From: Trichoplax sp. H2
Lineage: Eukaryota
Assembly (NCBI GenBank): GCA_003344405.1
Contig: NOWV01000112.1
Span: forward strand, 1 to 64,000
Direction of reading: 5' to 3'
DNA: 64,000 nucleotides
Positions 59,700 through 64,000 of this stretch are shown here, one piece after another (position 1 is the stretch's first letter; every line of letters begins with the position of its first letter). The notes beneath the pieces were generated by a model. It was not told where the DNA came from and made no database searches. It worked only from the letters and a program-made list of their open reading frames with translations. The position numbers and the translations under genes are program-made.

Positions 59700-62600
59700 T
59701 TATTCAATAAATGCGAAAATTTGATCAATCTCTGATAGTTCGCTATTACGCATTTTCTCTGTTTCGGATGAACTAGAAAGAACGAATGGATTATTTACAT
59801 TGGTCTTCACAATATCGCTATCATGATTCTGTGGTTTAAAATTTAGATTATCTCTGGGTATTTCCTTTTTAACTTGATTTATGCTCGCACCATCGGAATC
59901 AAACTGGCAGTAGCTTTGAGTATCCCACGGAAATTCTAAATGATAATCTTTCGTTCTTCCAGATTTACAATTTCTTTTTAAGTGTCTTAATATCTTACAA
60001 CGATAGGAATAATTTCTAATAAAAGCGACAGATGAGAAATTTCTGAAATGATGATGGAGGAGAAGATTTTTTGGACCTTGAAATATTGTCGTAAATGATT
60101 TCGCTTTTAGCATTTCATACAATAGTCTTGCCTCTTCCGGTGGAATTATCGTTGTGAAATCTTTACAGTTTTTTGGCGTTGTGTCCATATTATACTTTTT
60201 ATGGCTGTACCGCAACATCGTGATACGTTCATTTTCGCATTCTAACTGCTGTATTAAATGGGATGACTTACTCGCCATTGACATTAACTTGGCAGACAGC
60301 AGTGGTGTAGATTTCTTTTCGGTGGCTGAGGAATTTTCGTTTTGTGAAACTGGAGAATGTGAGCCCTCACCTTGCCTGGTAAATTGCCTCTTTGGAATAT
60401 TATCATCTAGTTTGTTAGAAGTGGATTTTCGGTTTCGATTATCATCAGTAAGATTTTTGTTGGAGTCCATCAAAGCTTTATCTGATTCGGTAGAGCACAA
60501 TCTTTCAATCTTTACAAAGTCAACTGGTTCTACAAGAAATATACAAAATATTAGACAGAGCCGTAATTAAAGATTACTTTTTTCATGCTAAAGAGCAGAA
60601 CGAAATAAAAAGACTGCCTATAGTCTTTATATGGAGTTTCATGGAACTATGACCATTTTCTTCAACGCCTTTAATTGCTGATACTACTGAAGAGTGCGTA
60701 CCTTCCGCCAGCATTATGGTACACTAGAAGGAGTCTTTGTGTATTTATAGCTACATTCACCTTCCGCATTTCATTTGCGGCAACTTTTTGTAAGCATGCT
60801 GCGAGTATTGTTGTGTACTCTTCACCACATAATAAAACACAGCTTATGCATAATTTACTCAGTAGCCGTTATATCATACTAAAACTGATAATAAATTTGC
60901 TTTTTATAATGCCATGAGTTATGCGCGTTTATTCAGTTCGTAAAAATTAGTGCGAGCAATAAGAGCGGCTTATACGCGTATCCTAACTGTTGCTATTTTG
61001 ACTTACAGTATATGCAGAACTCGTTGTGCTGTAAGGTGAATTTAGTTATTGCTAGCAATAAACATCTGTAGTTATCGAAATCTTCAAAAATTGACCTATT
61101 AGTTAAGATATACATCGAGCTACAGTACTTATTGTTTAAAAAATTCCATATCTTCCAAGGTTGATTTACATACCGCCCAAATCGATGTTATCCGTAGAGT
61201 TCTTTAATGTTTCATCCATAGCACTGCTATCTATCAAGTATTGTCCTGTGAAATTAATAATATGGATGTTACTATAAAATTAGCGTAGTTTCTGACTACG
61301 ACAATATGATCGTTGTTATACACGTATGCAAAATTAAAGCCGACTGTACAGCAATTTTCGTCAACAAGTTAATAAAATTTACCAGAACTAGCATCATTTT
61401 GGAGATACTGGCTCAAATCTGCTGGAAAATTGGCTACATCTAACACCTAAAGGCGATATGATAAGTGTTAGTTGTAAACAATCGTTCTCGATATTTTGAG
61501 GTAAAAATTTTAAACATTATTTTCCTGGTAGTTCTCGAGATTGTGCATAACCTTGTTTTGAGCTTTAACGGACATCCTTAGCCATTCATAGATTGTCTTG
61601 TAGGCTTGTATTGTGATATCGATTAGTTCTGTTAAACAGTTCCTGTAGATTGACAGTTACAAAAAAAGTGCTACGTTCTTTATAACTAGTTTTAATGTTT
61701 AACTGTTCAGTATATTTCAGTAGTAAGATCATTAGTCATTGGTAGAAATCTATTTTAACACAATATTTTGTTGTTGTAAGAATGCTAATTATGAATCTTG
61801 TGTATGTTATTACCTTAATCGGCTTACAATTGCTGCTGCTAATAGGTTAAATTGGATAAATAATCCCATAGATAATTGAGAGCAGATATGTCTTATTTTA
61901 GTTAAGGAACGAATGACAGTAGAAAACCCGAAAAATACATTGAAAAAAATTGTGATCAGATTGCTAATTTTTCCATAACGGATACATAAACGTTTGTATA
62001 ACCGCTTCTTGAATCTATAAGATGGAAAAAAGTCAACAACGAACATAATTATTTAGATAGTTCTAGTATGTTATACAATACTATGTATCTATTCGATATG
62101 AATACGCATATAAAGATATTGCATAAAGACATGGAATTATAATGAAGTAATGAAAATTTATAGCATCATGTATCAGGAAAATAAGCTATCATCTGACGTA
62201 TGTGTCTTCTGTAGTTAAGTAATATGGGCGTTGCACTAACCTTGGAGATTAGGTACACTGCGTTTTGCAATTGCTGTGCCGTTAATTGCATTAACGAGTA
62301 AGATGGAAATTCAACGGATAGATTCCAATCGGTAGATTTAGGTAATTCTCTTAAACTTTATCGAATGCAAGATTAAAATATAATGGGATAGCTTTAACAT
62401 TAATCTATGATGGTAAAAATTAAGCTCAATAATCATTAAGTACAATAACTATAGTATGAAGAGAAAACTAACCCATGTAGACGCGTACGTATATGCACTA
62501 TAAGTAACTTAGATTGATTTGATAGTACGCTTACGTTTTAAAAATCTTGATAATATCAATTTAATAAGTTACATCAATTATATCATCTATGCTACCGTAC

Positions 62601-63629
62601 GCTCAGTTATATTTAAGTCTATTTCAAAATTGACATTTGCAGCAGGATCCTTACCTAGTTATACAAGTTAAAAAGTTATTTAATGTCGATTTCATCCTTA
62701 GATTATATAATCGTTTCGTTAATCTTTCCACCTGTCAGAATGAGCGTTTTCATAAATACAGGAGAGATTTAGCTGGTATTTTTTCGTTGCATTCAGTATT
62801 TATAAATTATAATGCGTTTATAATGTAAAATCTATCGAATTTTTACTTACCTTTTTCAAATACTGATAATGCTTATCCCTTCTAAGTTGACTTTTATAAC
62901 GATAACAAATTTTAGAAAGTATCGCCATTTCTTGCCATACTAGTGTACTATCATATTGGTTAACAATGGTGTGGATTTTATTCCAGTCGTCTTCAACATT
63001 AATCTCTGCATGAATAGGAAGAAATTGCAGGAAAGTGAACACCGTTGGTTATAAAAGATTCTTTAACCAGTAGTAGAGTAATCTTTCAATTAATATTGCA
63101 TTGTTACATTTGGGGGAAATGTAAAATTTCCTTAATCATGCAAGGCTGAACTTGTGATCATGTCCCTGCTGGTTTCAACGGTCACTATTCTTTCATAATT
63201 AATTCTTACTCAAGAACCTGCAATTCATTGATGATTTCTACAAGTTACCATAGCTGTAATATCAAGATACAAACTGCAGAGAATGTAGGCTAAATAATTG
63301 TCACTGTTGTATTGATTTTGTAAGCAGCAGTCAAATGGAAGAGTTGGATTCAATCGCGATCATTAAAGGTATCGGTGGTCTACTACAGTTGCAATAGAGC
63401 TTGAATATTCAGTCGAATGTATAAACTATAGCTCAATTAAAAGGATACTACTCTAATTTTCTAGCAATTCTACTATGCTCATGAGAATACCGTCATGATC
63501 ACTTTGATCAGCTCAACATTGGTTGACTAGTAAAGGTATTAAAGGCTCCATCTTGTAAGACTGACCTGAGGACACCAGTAGCTTGTACTTTCCCATCACA
63601 AGATTTTGCCATTGAATGGAGTCCATCAT
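59700..63629 (-). CDS. NEPRO: Nucleolus and neural progenitor protein / RNase MRP subunit (Rmp1/DUF4477), 10 exons
   Basis: Exons 63629-63566 (tentative start), 63005-62851 (EMAILSKICYRYKSQLRRDKHYQYLKK), 62731-62655 (VERLTKRL), about 62349-62241, about 62014-61986, 61891-61814 (QLSMGLFIQFNLLAAAIVSRL), 61642-61552, 61446-61383 (FPADLSQYL), 61245-61174 (DLG) and 60529-59700 (EPV.., ends EIDQIFAFIE). This matches NEPRO N-domain motifs and its DIF C-terminus as I recall them. Confidence 0.8.
61892..61985 (-). other. U12-type (minor spliceosome) GT-AG intron in NEPRO
   Basis: The 5' end is GTATCCGTT (consensus RTATCCTTT). A perfect branch site TTCCTTAAC at 61909-61901 lies 9 nt before the end of the intron, with no polypyrimidine tract. 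Removal keeps the frame (QTF-I-HICSQL). Confidence 0.85.
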
Positions 63630-64000
63630 CGTGGAAAAACAGGCGATCAGTTTATTATGTAACCTTAGAGCAGCCGATGTGCATTAGTCTATTAATGCTG
63701 GAAAATAAGAGATATTGAAGCTGGTCTCCTGAAAGTTGCAGCTTGCTTGTGCAATTAGCTTCCTTCTCCAGGCATGGCTGATCGATTTGTTGTGCTTACG
63801 CCTAGTATGTATGTAATATAGTGTACCATACCATTCAAATGTATACAGGCAATTATATAAAATATACAGGTAAAGACTGCTGTTGCTCCATTTATATAAT
63901 GATATACTGTACAGTATTAGACACTATATTATGTACAGTACTAATACACTTTGAATCCAATGGCCGGCCCATGGAATGGAGGCTGTTAATCAACTAATGG

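Noticed and set aside
60154..60570. 138-aa plus-strand ORF, and similar antisense ORFs at 1625-1963, 31167-31361 and 43916-44125
   Set aside because: Shadows on the opposite strand of real coding exons.

Overview
AT-rich, intron-dense eukaryotic (animal) genomic DNA. The short introns, compact gene spacing and basal-metazoan gene set suggest a placozoan such as Trichoplax; this is inference, not verified. Manual splicing supports ten protein-coding genes: PNP (5'-truncated), EML5/6 (about 36 exons), a 97-aa TEX55/C3orf30-like docking-domain protein, cardiolipin synthase CRLS1, GNPNAT1, a CNRIP1 (CRIP1a) homologue, a membrane-anchored kelch-repeat protein, ZFYVE21, an intronless YtcJ-like amidohydrolase and NEPRO/RMP64. 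Also present: a solitary 5S rRNA gene, a probable solo LTR, several local tandem duplications, a 53-bp minisatellite and an assembly gap with a duplicated flank. The most notable items are two intron-poor genes of bacterial character (amidohydrolase and kelch protein; horizontal-transfer candidates), a U12-type intron in NEPRO, CNRIP1 in an animal probably lacking CB1, and an RFX X-box upstream of the TEX55-like microgene. No CRISPR or prokaryotic system is evident. All family assignments come from recognising motifs by eye, not from database searches.
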